Below the pieces are notes generated by a model, which ran no database searches, was not told the origin of the DNA, and saw only the letters and a program-made list of their open reading frames with translations. Shown piece after piece: positions 1 through 9,237 of a stretch of DNA of 64,000 nt (the first letter of the stretch is position 1; every line of letters starts with the position of its first letter). The position numbers and the translations under genes were made by a program. The stretch lies in the NCBI GenBank assembly GCA_045578805.1, contig JAZNKY010000057.1, positions 4,333-68,332 of the forward strand, in the 5' to 3' direction. Source of the stretch: Oscillospiraceae bacterium (GTDB lineage Bacteria > Bacillota > Clostridia > Oscillospirales > Ruminococcaceae).

Positions 1-380
1 ATAGCGGACGCTGAGGGAATAAGGAGGAAATAGCACGGGACACGGTATCTCTCGTAGAATGCATTCAGGACGGATGCGGATCCTGTAATCTCCTCCGTCT
101 GTACGTCCGGGAGCTTTTCAAGCATCATGTCGTCCGTGATGTAAACATTGCGGATGACCTTCTCACCGATGAGCAGGTCGGTCTGGGTCTTGAGCCGGAA
201 CAGACTGTCATGGAAGCCGAGCTGCTCGCCAAGGAAGATTTCGGTCTGTGCCGCCCATGTGCCGTCCAGAACTGTCCGGAACGTGGGCTTCGGAAAGTCC
301 TGAAAGGCGGTATTGACGATCACAGCAATATAGACCAGCAGCACCATCAGCACTGTCCGATAATGGTATTGTTTATGCAA
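1..380 (-). CDS. Membrane-anchored protein, likely accessory partner of the adjacent MBOAT acyltransferase (DHHW-family-like); only the N-terminal 126 codons lie in the window
   Basis: Own minus-strand translation (absent from ORF track because it runs off the left edge). TTG at 380 with GGAGG (388-392) 7 nt upstream, then MHKQYHYRTVLMVLLVYIAVIVNTAFQDFPKPTFRTVLDGTWAAQTEIFLGEQLGFHDSLFRLK... open to position 1. One N-terminal hydrophobic helix; starts 16 nt after the MBOAT stop. Family name rests on remembered MBOAT/DHHW pairing; the DHHW motif itself would lie outside the window. Confidence 0.5.
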   Translation of the reverse strand, partial: MHKQYHYRTVLMVLLVYIAVIVNTAFQDFPKPTFRTVLDGTWAAQTEIFLGEQLGFHDSLFRLKTQTDLLIGEKVIRNVYITDDMMLEKLPDVQTEEITGSASVLNAFYERYRVPCYFLLIPSASA

Positions 381-395
381 GCTTCTTCCTCCTTA

Positions 396-1760
396 CTACA
401 GGCAGAGCCAGGGTACTGCGGATGCATCGGTATAGAGCATATAAGCGAGACAGAAGATCAGCAGCAGACTGCTCAGCAGCGGGATGTACGAGGCGATACG
501 CTGTCCCACTGCGGTGGCTGCAATGCGCTCCGTGATGTTGCGGAACAGGTCTGTGGCAATGTACAGGCAGATCAGCAGAAATACGATGTAGGCGGTCAGG
601 AAATACACACCGTACTGGTCGATCAGCCCGGTACCGAAGCCGAGCATTGCCTTCCAGAACACAAGAACCTCCGACAGACTGCCGCAAAAAAAGAGTACCC
701 ATGAAAACTGGAGCGCAAAGCCGGTATAGATCAGACCGAAGGCATAATGCTGTTCCGGGATCCGCTTGAAGAAAAGCTGCTCCAGTGCCAGAATGCCGCC
801 GATGAAGAATCCCCAGAGCAGGAAGGTGAGACTGTTCCGGTACCAGATGCCGATGAGCATCCACATCAGGATCAGGCTGACGTAACGCACCCAGCGATAC
901 TTGTTGTTCGGGAACAGAAAATGCCGGAAATTCGTCTGAAACCAGAGGATATGCGTGATACTCCACTGCTCCATGAACTGTGTCAGGCTGGAGGAAAAGA
1001 AGGGCTGTCCGAATTGCTTCGGAAGCCGGATGCCGAAGCAGCCTGCAAGTCCGCGCGCCATGTCCGCAAAGCCGAGCAGCTCAAAATACAGATAGAGCGA
1101 AAAGCTCACCACTGTCAGCCATGCGGTCAGCATACTGATGCCGGCGGGATCGGTCTGGCGCAGCTCGCGAAAGACATAGCCGAGGGTATCTGCCAGTATG
1201 ACCTTTTCTGCAAGACCTCGTACAAACAGTCCAAGCCCCTTGCCGAGACTGCGGATATGGTACTGCGGCTTTCCGAGCTGCTCGCGAAATTCAGGATAGG
1301 AAAGCAGAGGACCCGCATACTGGATCGGGAAAAAGGTCAGGTAGAGGGCAAGGTGCAGGAAATTTTTCTCCGCAGGATGCTTGTTCCGGAATATGCCGAT
1401 GAGGTAGCCGAGTCCCAGCAGTGTGATGACTGCCATGCCGACCGGGCGGATGGGGTTGGTACTGTCCGCATAAGAATGCCGCATCAGCGTAAGTCCGGCA
1501 GCCTGCAGGATGGCAAACACCGCAAGGAGCGCACCGCATAGCCGGCGATGTGTCTGCAGCTTCTGGAGGAGCAGTCCGGCACCATAGTCACAGCAGACCA
1601 GTACGGACGGCACCAGAAGCCATGCCGGACAGCTCCAGCCGATGACTGCAAGATTGGCACATAGAAGGAACACATGCTTCCCCTTGCGCGGCACGCAGTA
1701 AAACAGCAAAAGCAGCACCGGCAAGAGCAGGATGGTAAAGGTCAGGGAGGAAGGATACAT
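396..1760 (-). CDS. Membrane-bound O-acyltransferase (MBOAT family, DltB/AlgI-like)
   Basis: ORF 396..1787; polytopic hydrophobic protein with the MBOAT histidine block (EQWSITHILWF). Start placed at ATG 1760 (MYPSSLTF...) because GGAGG lies 6 nt upstream. Confidence 0.85.
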   Translation of the reverse strand: MYPSSLTFTILLLPVLLLLFYCVPRKGKHVFLLCANLAVIGWSCPAWLLVPSVLVCCDYGAGLLLQKLQTHRRLCGALLAVFAILQAAGLTLMRHSYADSTNPIRPVGMAVITLLGLGYLIGIFRNKHPAEKNFLHLALYLTFFPIQYAGPLLSYPEFREQLGKPQYHIRSLGKGLGLFVRGLAEKVILADTLGYVFRELRQTDPAGISMLTAWLTVVSFSLYLYFELLGFADMARGLAGCFGIRLPKQFGQPFFSSSLTQFMEQWSITHILWFQTNFRHFLFPNNKYRWVRYVSLILMWMLIGIWYRNSLTFLLWGFFIGGILALEQLFFKRIPEQHYAFGLIYTGFALQFSWVLFFCGSLSEVLVFWKAMLGFGTGLIDQYGVYFLTAYIVFLLICLYIATDLFRNITERIAATAVGQRIASYIPLLSSLLLIFCLAYMLYTDASAVPWLCL

Positions 1761-1761
1761 G

Positions 1762-2355
1762 CTATGCCTCCTCCGTTTCCGGTGCATCCGTCAGCTCCAG
1801 AAAACGGCTGCGGGTCATCATGGAATTGAGGACCTCCAGCAGGGCAGTCGCTGAAAGCATGGACGGCAGACCAAGCTTCTCCTGAAACTCCCGTCTGCGC
1901 TCCGCGCTGTTCGGGGTGCCGCTGAGTCCGGCAAGATAAAGATCGGTCTTGGTGATCGGCTCGCCTGCCGGTGCATCCTCCGAGAGAACGCCTGCCTTTG
2001 CAAAGGCTTCGCGCAGCACATCGGCATCCATGCCCTCCACGCCGAGCTTGCCCTCGGCTGAGGGCTTTTCCTTGCGCTTCTCCTTGCCGAATACATCGGG
2101 GATATAGATATTCCGGATCGAACCGTTCGGGATCGCACCCTTGAGGTAGCTCCGGATGCGGAAGCCCGCCCTGTCGGAATCCGTCAGAATGAGGATCCCA
2201 TCCGTTTCCGCATAATGGCGGATCAGTGACAGCATTTCCGCATCCTTGAAAATGCGGAAGCCGTGGGTCGGAATGATGACCGCCCTGACAATGGAGGACA
2301 GCTTGATCTTGTCATACTTGCCCTCCACGATGATCGCTTGTCTGATCTGCAGCAT
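1762..2355 (-). CDS. Toprim-domain protein (RNase M5-like / DUF4093 type)
   Basis: IIVEGKYDK (Toprim Glu) and ILILTDSDRAG (DxD) motifs; GGAGAGGAGG RBS upstream of ATG 2355. Confidence 0.75.
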   Translation of the reverse strand: MLQIRQAIIVEGKYDKIKLSSIVRAVIIPTHGFRIFKDAEMLSLIRHYAETDGILILTDSDRAGFRIRSYLKGAIPNGSIRNIYIPDVFGKEKRKEKPSAEGKLGVEGMDADVLREAFAKAGVLSEDAPAGEPITKTDLYLAGLSGTPNSAERRREFQEKLGLPSMLSATALLEVLNSMMTRSRFLELTDAPETEEA

Positions 2356-2374
2356 GGCTGCCTCCTCTCCGCTG

Positions 2375-3412
2375 TCAGCGCAGCATTTCTACAATTGTCT
2401 GTTCAAATAGTACACGTTCATTAACCGCCTGAGAATGGAGTCTTTGCTCCGCGTCACACAGGAGCTTCAGGCAATGGTTGATATATGCCACAGATTCCCT
2501 GCCGCAGTCGCGGAAGGCATTTTCCACGACAAAGCCGAAGCGATAGGAAAAATCCGCTGTTACCTCCTGGACGGTGCGGCGGCTCTGCCGTGCGGCAGCT
2601 GCCCTCTGCAGGTCGATAAAGCTGGAGGAAACGGCTGCCATCAGGTAGGGCATTTCCACGCGCATGGAAAGCAGTTCATCCACAGCGCGCATGGCATCCG
2701 CGGGCTTGCGCTGGATGACTGCCTTTGTCAGGGCGTACACCGTCGTTTCCAGCTGGGGGCGCACCATATCGCGTATCATCTGCACGGTGATCTCGCCGCC
2801 GTCAGCAAAAGCGCAGAGCTTGCCGATCTCCTGCCGGAGCAGGAGCGTCTGACAGCCGCATTCCTCCGCGAGCATATGCGCCACCTCGCGTTCGATGGTG
2901 CAGCCGCGCTTCCGGACGGAAACTGCAATATCCCCTGCCATCGCCGCAGGTGTTTTCGGCTCCAGAACACAGACGGTTCCGGCTTTGGCGATATAGTCAA
3001 TGATGGTTTTGTTCTTCGGGGTGGGCTTTTTGTTTTTACCGGTCTTACCGCCGTAAATGTCAAAGCCCGTCACATAGAAAGCAAGGATCGTATTTTCAGC
3101 AACCTGCTCCAGAATGCCGCGCAGTGTCTTGCGTGCATCCTCGCGCATGGTCTCCATATTACAGTCATGGATGAGAATGCAGTTATAGTCCGCAAACATC
3201 GGGCAAAGCTCAGCTTCATCTGCGAGCTGGCTCAGGTCAAGGGATGCGCCGTCGAGCTTTGTCACTGCATCCGCATCGCCGGCAGCTGCCTGGATAAGCC
3301 GCTTTGCACACTGCTCCACCTGAAGCACATCGCTGCCATAGAAATAATACAGGTTTGAAAATGTTCCGTTTTTCAGCTGCGCCTGCAGCCCCTTTGCATC
3401 AAGAATCGGCAT
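2375..3412 (-). CDS. holA: DNA polymerase III delta subunit
   Basis: 345 aa, overall HolA-like N-terminus (NLYYFYGSD...), and the classical Firmicutes comEC-holA arrangement with overlapping stop/start. Confidence 0.8.
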   Translation of the reverse strand: MPILDAKGLQAQLKNGTFSNLYYFYGSDVLQVEQCAKRLIQAAAGDADAVTKLDGASLDLSQLADEAELCPMFADYNCILIHDCNMETMREDARKTLRGILEQVAENTILAFYVTGFDIYGGKTGKNKKPTPKNKTIIDYIAKAGTVCVLEPKTPAAMAGDIAVSVRKRGCTIEREVAHMLAEECGCQTLLLRQEIGKLCAFADGGEITVQMIRDMVRPQLETTVYALTKAVIQRKPADAMRAVDELLSMRVEMPYLMAAVSSSFIDLQRAAAARQSRRTVQEVTADFSYRFGFVVENAFRDCGRESVAYINHCLKLLCDAEQRLHSQAVNERVLFEQTIVEMLR

Positions 3413-5516
3413 ACAAACTCCTCACACTGCATTGTCCGTCATCGGCAATGGTCAGTTCCAGATTATTTTTTCCTACATAGGTATAGGGATCAGCGGTGTA
3501 GCAGCTCCTGCTGTCCAGCACCATCAACAGACCGCTTTCCGGCAGGACGTTCCGGCTCGTGCCATAGATCGTCAAGGCACTGCACACCGGGATATTGGCG
3601 GTTTTCTCCTTCGCACAGACATAGGTGAAATCTGCTGTCTGCGCCCGGACATGCTCCTCCGTAATGGTAAGTACCGTGCCATGGAACAGCAGCTCGCGCA
3701 GCTGGGCATGATCGGGGGTATACTGTACAGAGGAAAGTGTGTTCTCCTCCCCCGGCAGCTGCATGACTGTCAACTGCTCCGGCGGTACAAAGCGAAGTGC
3801 TTCTTCATAACGGGTCAGATTTTTCTGATTCGGCGCACACAGGAACAATGCCTCAATGCTCCGGATCCCGGTGGACTGGAGATAGGCACTGACATAGGCA
3901 GGTGCGCTGGAATCCCCGCTCATATCCACGATCACAGCATCCGATCCGAGGCTGAACACCAGAGCGCAGTCGCGGCTTTCTCCCAGCACGGCAATGCGCA
4001 GATTCTGGCTGCGGTACATGCGTTCCGTACCGGCGGCAATGCAGACGGATACAAGCGAAACGGCAATGGCGGCGCACATCAATCTGCGGCTCTTCCAGAG
4101 CAGACAGCAGAGCGTGATCAGCAGTGCGGACGCGGCGATCAGAGGAAGGACGACCGCGCTGTCCGTTCCCGCGTGCGTCCATGGCAGATCGGCAATATAT
4201 GCCGAGATCCGCAGTACAAGTCCTGCAAGCCGATCCGCCGTCCACAGCAGGCAGTCCGCCAGCGCGCCCTCCGCACCCGTCAGAAGCGCGAGAGCCTCCA
4301 GCAGAAGAACGCCCATGCACAGCGGAACGAGCAGAAGATTGGCAAGGGGCGAGATCAGGGAGACCTCCCGAAAATAGAGCATACTTGCCGGAAGCACGGC
4401 AAGGAATACACAGCCCGCCCGCGCAGAAGCCCGAAGCTCCCGCTGAAACAGCGTATCCGCCGGCATGGGCTTTGTCAGATAGGGGGCAAATACGCCGATG
4501 CCGAAGGTACCGCTGAAAGACAGCCAGAATGCGGCACTGTGGACAACGAGGGGATTTTCCAGTGAAAGCAGGAGCATGGCGATGCTGATGGTGTTGAGCA
4601 TATCCCCCCGGCGGTAAAAGAGTCCTGCACTCTGAGAGATCAGGATCATGATGCAGGCGCGTTTGACAGAAACCGTCTCACCGACACAGATCACAAAGAG
4701 CAGTGCCAGCACTGCCAGTATGCTGAAGGATATGCGCCTGTCCGCCTTGCACAGGCGGAGCAGCCGGAGAACGCACAATGCCAGAAAATCCAGATGCAGA
4801 CCGGAAACCGCCAGCACATGCCCGATGCCCGTCCGGTAAAGGGAGAGCTTGGTGCTGTCGGACATGGCAGACTTGTCGCCGAACAGCATTCCGGTCATTA
4901 AGGCACCATGTTCCTCCGTTCTGTCCTTCTGGATGCGTTCCGTCATCTCCTGCCGCCAGGCGTGGAGCATACTCCGGAACGTGGTGCGGGTGCGCGGGGT
5001 ATGCTGTACCTCGCTTTCCATCGGCATGGACAGAAAAATGCCCTGCGAACGGTAATACTCCTCTGCGGAAAAGAGGTAGGTACTCTCTACCGCCTCCGGG
5101 ATACCGGTCAATGTGAGCGTATCACCGAATGCATAGCCGGGTTCATTGCAGAAATATTTGACCTTTGCAGGTGTTTCTCCATTGAGCGTGCCTGCAAGCA
5201 GATAGGACGCATAGCCGCTGTCGTGTATGGTGAGTGCTGTGATCTCACCGGAAAAGACGGTATTCTCCGCCCCTACATAGGCAAGCTGCTTCTGCACTGA
5301 GAGCGCGTCATGGCACCAATAGACACAGCACGCCGTCAGGAGGGACAGCGTGCTGGTAAGTACATATTTCCAGACAGATCTGCGGTATCCGATCAGCACG
5401 GCAGCAATCAGCAAAGCTGCGCCGAGCACCCAGAACCACAGCTGGCAGTGTACAACGGACGCTATCAGCAGACCTGCTGTATAGGGGAATCCTATGTACA
5501 AGGCTGTTCGTTTCAT
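3399..5516 (-). CDS. comEC: ComEC/Rec2 DNA-internalisation competence channel protein
   Basis: 705 aa polytopic membrane protein, ComEC-type core (GIGHVLAVSGLHL...), C-terminal lactamase-fold-like extension; synteny with holA. Confidence 0.85.
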   Translation of the reverse strand: MKRTALYIGFPYTAGLLIASVVHCQLWFWVLGAALLIAAVLIGYRRSVWKYVLTSTLSLLTACCVYWCHDALSVQKQLAYVGAENTVFSGEITALTIHDSGYASYLLAGTLNGETPAKVKYFCNEPGYAFGDTLTLTGIPEAVESTYLFSAEEYYRSQGIFLSMPMESEVQHTPRTRTTFRSMLHAWRQEMTERIQKDRTEEHGALMTGMLFGDKSAMSDSTKLSLYRTGIGHVLAVSGLHLDFLALCVLRLLRLCKADRRISFSILAVLALLFVICVGETVSVKRACIMILISQSAGLFYRRGDMLNTISIAMLLLSLENPLVVHSAAFWLSFSGTFGIGVFAPYLTKPMPADTLFQRELRASARAGCVFLAVLPASMLYFREVSLISPLANLLLVPLCMGVLLLEALALLTGAEGALADCLLWTADRLAGLVLRISAYIADLPWTHAGTDSAVVLPLIAASALLITLCCLLWKSRRLMCAAIAVSLVSVCIAAGTERMYRSQNLRIAVLGESRDCALVFSLGSDAVIVDMSGDSSAPAYVSAYLQSTGIRSIEALFLCAPNQKNLTRYEEALRFVPPEQLTVMQLPGEENTLSSVQYTPDHAQLRELLFHGTVLTITEEHVRAQTADFTYVCAKEKTANIPVCSALTIYGTSRNVLPESGLLMVLDSRSCYTADPYTYVGKNNLELTIADDGQCSVRSLYADS

Positions 5517-5522
5517 ACTGTA

Positions 5523-6062
5523 TCAGTGAAAAAACAGCGGAAGCTCTTCTAAGAACAGGAGATCGTCACGCTTGGCAGCATCGCCCTCTGCAAGAACGGC
5601 GGCTCTGCCTGCGATCCCGCCGCCTGCAGCGGCAGTGAGCTTTTCAAGGGCGATCAGGGATTCGCCGGTGCTGATGACATCATCCACGAGCAGCACGCGC
5701 TTTCCGCGCAGGAGTGCCGCTTTTTCACCGTCAAGATGGAGCATCTGCACATCGGCGGTGGTGATGGATTTCACATCCACGGATACCACATCCTGCATAT
5801 AGAGCTTGACGGACTTTCTCGCTACCACATAGGGCTTGCCGCTCTGTCTTGCCATTTCATAGGCAAGCGGAATGCCCTTGCATTCTGCGGTCAGGATCAC
5901 ATCAAATTCCGATGCTTTGGCAAGGAGTGCCTTTGCGCTTTCCACTGTTACCTCCACATCGGAGAACATGATGAATGCCGCAATATCAAGCTTTTCATTG
6001 ATGGGGCAGAGCCGGAGCGAACGCTCCAGACCTGCGATCTTCATCTTGTAATATTCAGCCAT
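5523..6062 (-). CDS. Phosphoribosyltransferase family protein (purine PRT-like)
   Basis: PRPP-binding motif VLLVDDVISTGES; AAGGAGAG RBS. Confidence 0.75.
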   Translation of the reverse strand: MAEYYKMKIAGLERSLRLCPINEKLDIAAFIMFSDVEVTVESAKALLAKASEFDVILTAECKGIPLAYEMARQSGKPYVVARKSVKLYMQDVVSVDVKSITTADVQMLHLDGEKAALLRGKRVLLVDDVISTGESLIALEKLTAAAGGGIAGRAAVLAEGDAAKRDDLLFLEELPLFFH

Positions 6063-6073
6063 GATGTCTCTCC

Positions 6074-6418
6074 TTAACCGAGGGACTGCTCGCCCCAGCC
6101 CATCTTCACACCTGCTACCATGTGGAAATGCAGATGCATGACGGTCTGACCAGCATCCTCACCGCAGTTGTTGATGATGCGGTAGCTCTCAATGCCTTCC
6201 TGTGCGGCAATCTTTGCAGCGGCTTCAAAAATCTTTGCAACGACTGCGGAATTATCCGCAGTGATCTCTGTTGCCTTTGCAATGTGCTGCTTCGGCACGA
6301 TCAGCACATGGAACGGTGCGATCGGGCTGATGTCCTTGAATGCATAAACATATTCATCTTCATATACCTTGCCGGACGGGATCTCACCGGCGATAATTTT
6401 GCAGAACAGGCAATCCAT
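6074..6418 (-). CDS. HIT-family (histidine triad) nucleotide hydrolase
   Basis: C-terminal HLHFHMVAG histidine-triad motif; AAAGGAGG RBS. Confidence 0.9.
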   Translation of the reverse strand: MDCLFCKIIAGEIPSGKVYEDEYVYAFKDISPIAPFHVLIVPKQHIAKATEITADNSAVVAKIFEAAAKIAAQEGIESYRIINNCGEDAGQTVMHLHFHMVAGVKMGWGEQSLG

Positions 6419-6431
6419 ACTGGTTCCTCCT

Positions 6432-9074
6432 TTAGTGTGCCATCACATCGCTGACGATGCTTTCCAGACCGAGCAGGGCTTCGTCCACCATGTAGGTCTT
6501 GCCGATACCAGCCATTGCGTTGTCCGGTCTGCCGCCGCCCTTGCCGCCGGTGATGGCTGCAATACGCTGTACGATCTTGCCGGCATGTGCACCCTTCTCC
6601 ACTGCGCCCTTTGTGCATACGCAGTAGAAGGTACCCTTCTCGCCGTCGATGCCTGCAAATACAGCAACAACGTTCTTGTCCATGCTCTTGACCTGATCGC
6701 CGAGCTTGCGGAGCATATCTGCGCCCGCGCCGTTGAGCAGGATGGAAACGACCTGTGTGCCGTTCACGTCCTTGGCATTGTCAAACAGGGTATCCACTAC
6801 GCTGCCTGCCATCTTCTGACGGAGCTGCTCTACCTGCTTCTCGGCATCCTTCAGCTGTGCTGTCATTGTATAGCAGCGTGCTGGAAGCTCAGCAGGATTA
6901 TTCAGCTTGAATGCCTTTGCGCTCTCAAGCACAGTATTCTTGTAGCTGTCGAGCAGTGCCAGCACGCCTGCGCCGGTCACAGCCTCGATACGGCGAACGC
7001 CGGAGGCTACGGAGCTTTCGGAAACGATCTTGAACAGACCGATATTGGCTGTATTAGATACATGGGTACCGCCGCAGAATTCAATGGAATTGTCGCCAGC
7101 CTTGACAACTCTTACCACATCGCCGTACTTCTCGCCGAACAGAGCCATTGCACCGAGCTTCTTTGCCTCCTCGATGGGCATTTCGTTCACATCGACTGCA
7201 ATTGCTTCGAGGATCCAGCGGTTGACGATGTTCTCTGTCTTTTCGATCTCCTCAGCAGTCATTGCGCTGAAGTGGGAGAAGTCGAAACGGCAAGCCTTGT
7301 CATTAACAAGCTGACCTGCCTGGTGTACATGATCGCCCAGAACCTCGCGGAGTGCTGCCTGGAGCAGATGCGCTGCGGTGTGGTTTCTCATGGTTGCCTG
7401 ACGTGTGCAGGTGCAGATCTCTGCCTTTGCGGTATCGCCTGTGCGCATACTGCCGGATTCGACAGTACCGAAGTGCAGGTAGTGACCGTCCTCGTCCTTG
7501 GTCACAGCGGTTACCTTAAATTCGCCCTCATTGGTAGTAATGCTGCCGAGGTCGCTCACCTGACCGCCGCTTTCTGCATAGAACGGTGTGCGGTCGAGTA
7601 CGAGTGCAGCGGCATCATCGGCAACGATGCTCTCTGTCACTGCCTGATCCTTGACGATGGCAAGGATCTTTGCCTCAGCGGTGTATTCCTTGTAACCGAC
7701 AAATGCAGTTGCAGCTGCTTCGATCTTGACGCTGTTGTCAGCCCAGGAGGAGCTTGCCTTTGCCAGATGGTCAGCCTTTGCGGTCTCGCGCTGCTTCTTC
7801 ACGAGTGCTCTGTAGCCGTCCTCATCCACTGCAAAGCCGCGCTCTGCTGCGATCTCCACAGTCAGGTCAAAGGGGAAGCCGTAGGTATCGCTAAGCTTGA
7901 AGATGTCCTCGCCTGCGAGAGTCTTGCAGTTTTCTTCCTCTGCCTTGTCCATCACCTGGCACAGCAGCTCCATGCCCTTGTCGATGGTCTTGGCGAATGC
8001 TTCTTCCTCGACCTTGATGATCTTCTTGATATAAGCGCGCTTTTCTTCCAGTTCCGGATATGCGTTCTTGTTTTCATTGATTACGGTATCACATACCTCA
8101 TGCAGGAAGGTACCCTCGATGCCGATCATTCTGCCGTGTCTTGCAGCACGTCTGAGCAGACGGCGGAGAACGTAGCCCCTGCCCTCGTTGGACGGAAGAA
8201 CGCCGTCGCCGACCATGAAGGTAGTGCTTCTGATATGGTCGGTGATGACACGGAGAGAAACGTCAGTATTCTCGTTGCCCTCCTTGTAGGTCACGCCGGA
8301 GAGCTTCTGGATGTGCTTCATGATGTTCTGCACGGTGTCAACCTCGAACAGGTTGTCCACGCCCTGCATGACACAGGCAAGACGCTCCAGACCCATGCCG
8401 GTGTCGATGTTCTTATGTTCCATCTCGGTGTAGGTACCGTTGCCATCGCTGTCGAACTGGCTGAATACGAGGTTCCATACTTCGACAAAACGGTCACATT
8501 CGCAGCCTACCTTACAATCAGGGGAGCCGCAGCCGTGTTCTGCGCCGCGGTCGAAATAGATCTCAGAGCAGGGTCCGCACGGACCGGAGCCATGCTCCCA
8601 GAAATTATCCTCTCTGCCGAGTCTTACCATATGTTCATGGGCAACACCGATCTCCTGTGTCCAGATGTCGTATGCCTCGTCATCATCGGTGAACACGGAA
8701 ACATAGAGCAGCTCCTCGGGCATTTCGAGCACCTTGGTGAAAAATTCCCAAGCCCATGCGATGGCTTCGTGCTTGAAGTAATCGCCGAAGGAGAAGTTGC
8801 CAAGCATTTCAAAATAAGTACCATGTCTTGCGGTCTTGCCCACGTTCTCAATGTCGGGAGTGCGGATACACTTCTGACAGGTGGTGACGCGCTTGTTCGG
8901 CGGTACAGCTTGCCCCAGGAAGAACTTCTTCAGCGGTGCCATACCGGAGTTGATCAGCAGAAGGCTCTTGTCGCCCTGGGGTACGAGGGAGGCACTTGCC
9001 ATTCTTGTGTGATTCTTGCTTTCAAAAAAGGACAGATACTGCTCACGCAGGTCATTGAGTCCACGCCATTCCAT
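6432..9074 (-). CDS. alaS: Alanine--tRNA ligase
   Basis: 880 aa; class II AlaRS N-terminus (FFESKNHTR..., FTNSGM-like INSGMAPLKKFF), editing-domain HxxxH/CGGTHV block and C-terminal DHHA1-like region. Confidence 0.97.
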   Translation of the reverse strand: MEWRGLNDLREQYLSFFESKNHTRMASASLVPQGDKSLLLINSGMAPLKKFFLGQAVPPNKRVTTCQKCIRTPDIENVGKTARHGTYFEMLGNFSFGDYFKHEAIAWAWEFFTKVLEMPEELLYVSVFTDDDEAYDIWTQEIGVAHEHMVRLGREDNFWEHGSGPCGPCSEIYFDRGAEHGCGSPDCKVGCECDRFVEVWNLVFSQFDSDGNGTYTEMEHKNIDTGMGLERLACVMQGVDNLFEVDTVQNIMKHIQKLSGVTYKEGNENTDVSLRVITDHIRSTTFMVGDGVLPSNEGRGYVLRRLLRRAARHGRMIGIEGTFLHEVCDTVINENKNAYPELEEKRAYIKKIIKVEEEAFAKTIDKGMELLCQVMDKAEEENCKTLAGEDIFKLSDTYGFPFDLTVEIAAERGFAVDEDGYRALVKKQRETAKADHLAKASSSWADNSVKIEAAATAFVGYKEYTAEAKILAIVKDQAVTESIVADDAAALVLDRTPFYAESGGQVSDLGSITTNEGEFKVTAVTKDEDGHYLHFGTVESGSMRTGDTAKAEICTCTRQATMRNHTAAHLLQAALREVLGDHVHQAGQLVNDKACRFDFSHFSAMTAEEIEKTENIVNRWILEAIAVDVNEMPIEEAKKLGAMALFGEKYGDVVRVVKAGDNSIEFCGGTHVSNTANIGLFKIVSESSVASGVRRIEAVTGAGVLALLDSYKNTVLESAKAFKLNNPAELPARCYTMTAQLKDAEKQVEQLRQKMAGSVVDTLFDNAKDVNGTQVVSILLNGAGADMLRKLGDQVKSMDKNVVAVFAGIDGEKGTFYCVCTKGAVEKGAHAGKIVQRIAAITGGKGGGRPDNAMAGIGKTYMVDEALLGLESIVSDVMAH

Positions 9075-9112
9075 AAAAATTCACTCCAAAATTCAAAATT
9101 CTACAGGACATG

Positions 9113-9136
9113 AAAAAGCCCTGACACGGTCAGGGC
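9113..9136 (-). terminator. Intrinsic-terminator-like hairpin between the candidate promoter and the alaS start
   Basis: Minus strand GCCCTGAC-CGT-GTCAGGGC followed by TTTTT. Enclosed by an outer stem ACAGGAC (9145-9151) / GTCCTGT (9103-9109). Confidence 0.6.
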
Positions 9137-9165
9137 ATACTCCGGTCCTGTTGTGATACAAATAC

Positions 9166-9194
9166 AGTATACCAGATTTTCGGCAAAAAGTCAA
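9166..9194 (-). promoter_or_regulatory. Sigma-70-type promoter upstream of the alaS leader
   Basis: Minus strand TTGACT (9189-9194), 17-nt spacer, TGgTATACT extended -10 (9166-9174). Confidence 0.5.
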
Positions 9195-9237
9195 TTGTTT
9201 TGCAAAATTTTTTCGATTTCCGCAAAGGTGGCATGGC

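Noticed and set aside
6369-9113. 914-aa ORF on the plus strand. Similar long ORFs lie opposite well-supported genes (for example 27311..29632, 18630..19913, 35890..37458, 47034..48599, 52181..54097, 58327..59427, 59834..61324, 62345..63520).
   Set aside because: Each lies antisense to a gene with unmistakable family motifs (alaS, GH48, aminotransferase, transketolase, mutS, rqcH, ftsZ, murA). Their translations are Cys/His/Leu/Ala/Arg-rich low-complexity strings without RBSs. This is the usual open-antisense-frame artefact of G+C-rich coding DNA.
9075-9237. T-box riboswitch expected upstream of alaS.
   Set aside because: The available leader is under 100 nt. It lacks a specifier-loop stem, a T-box consensus (AGGGUGGNACCGCG-like) and an antiterminator/terminator alternative. 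Only a nested hairpin is present (reported as a separate finding).
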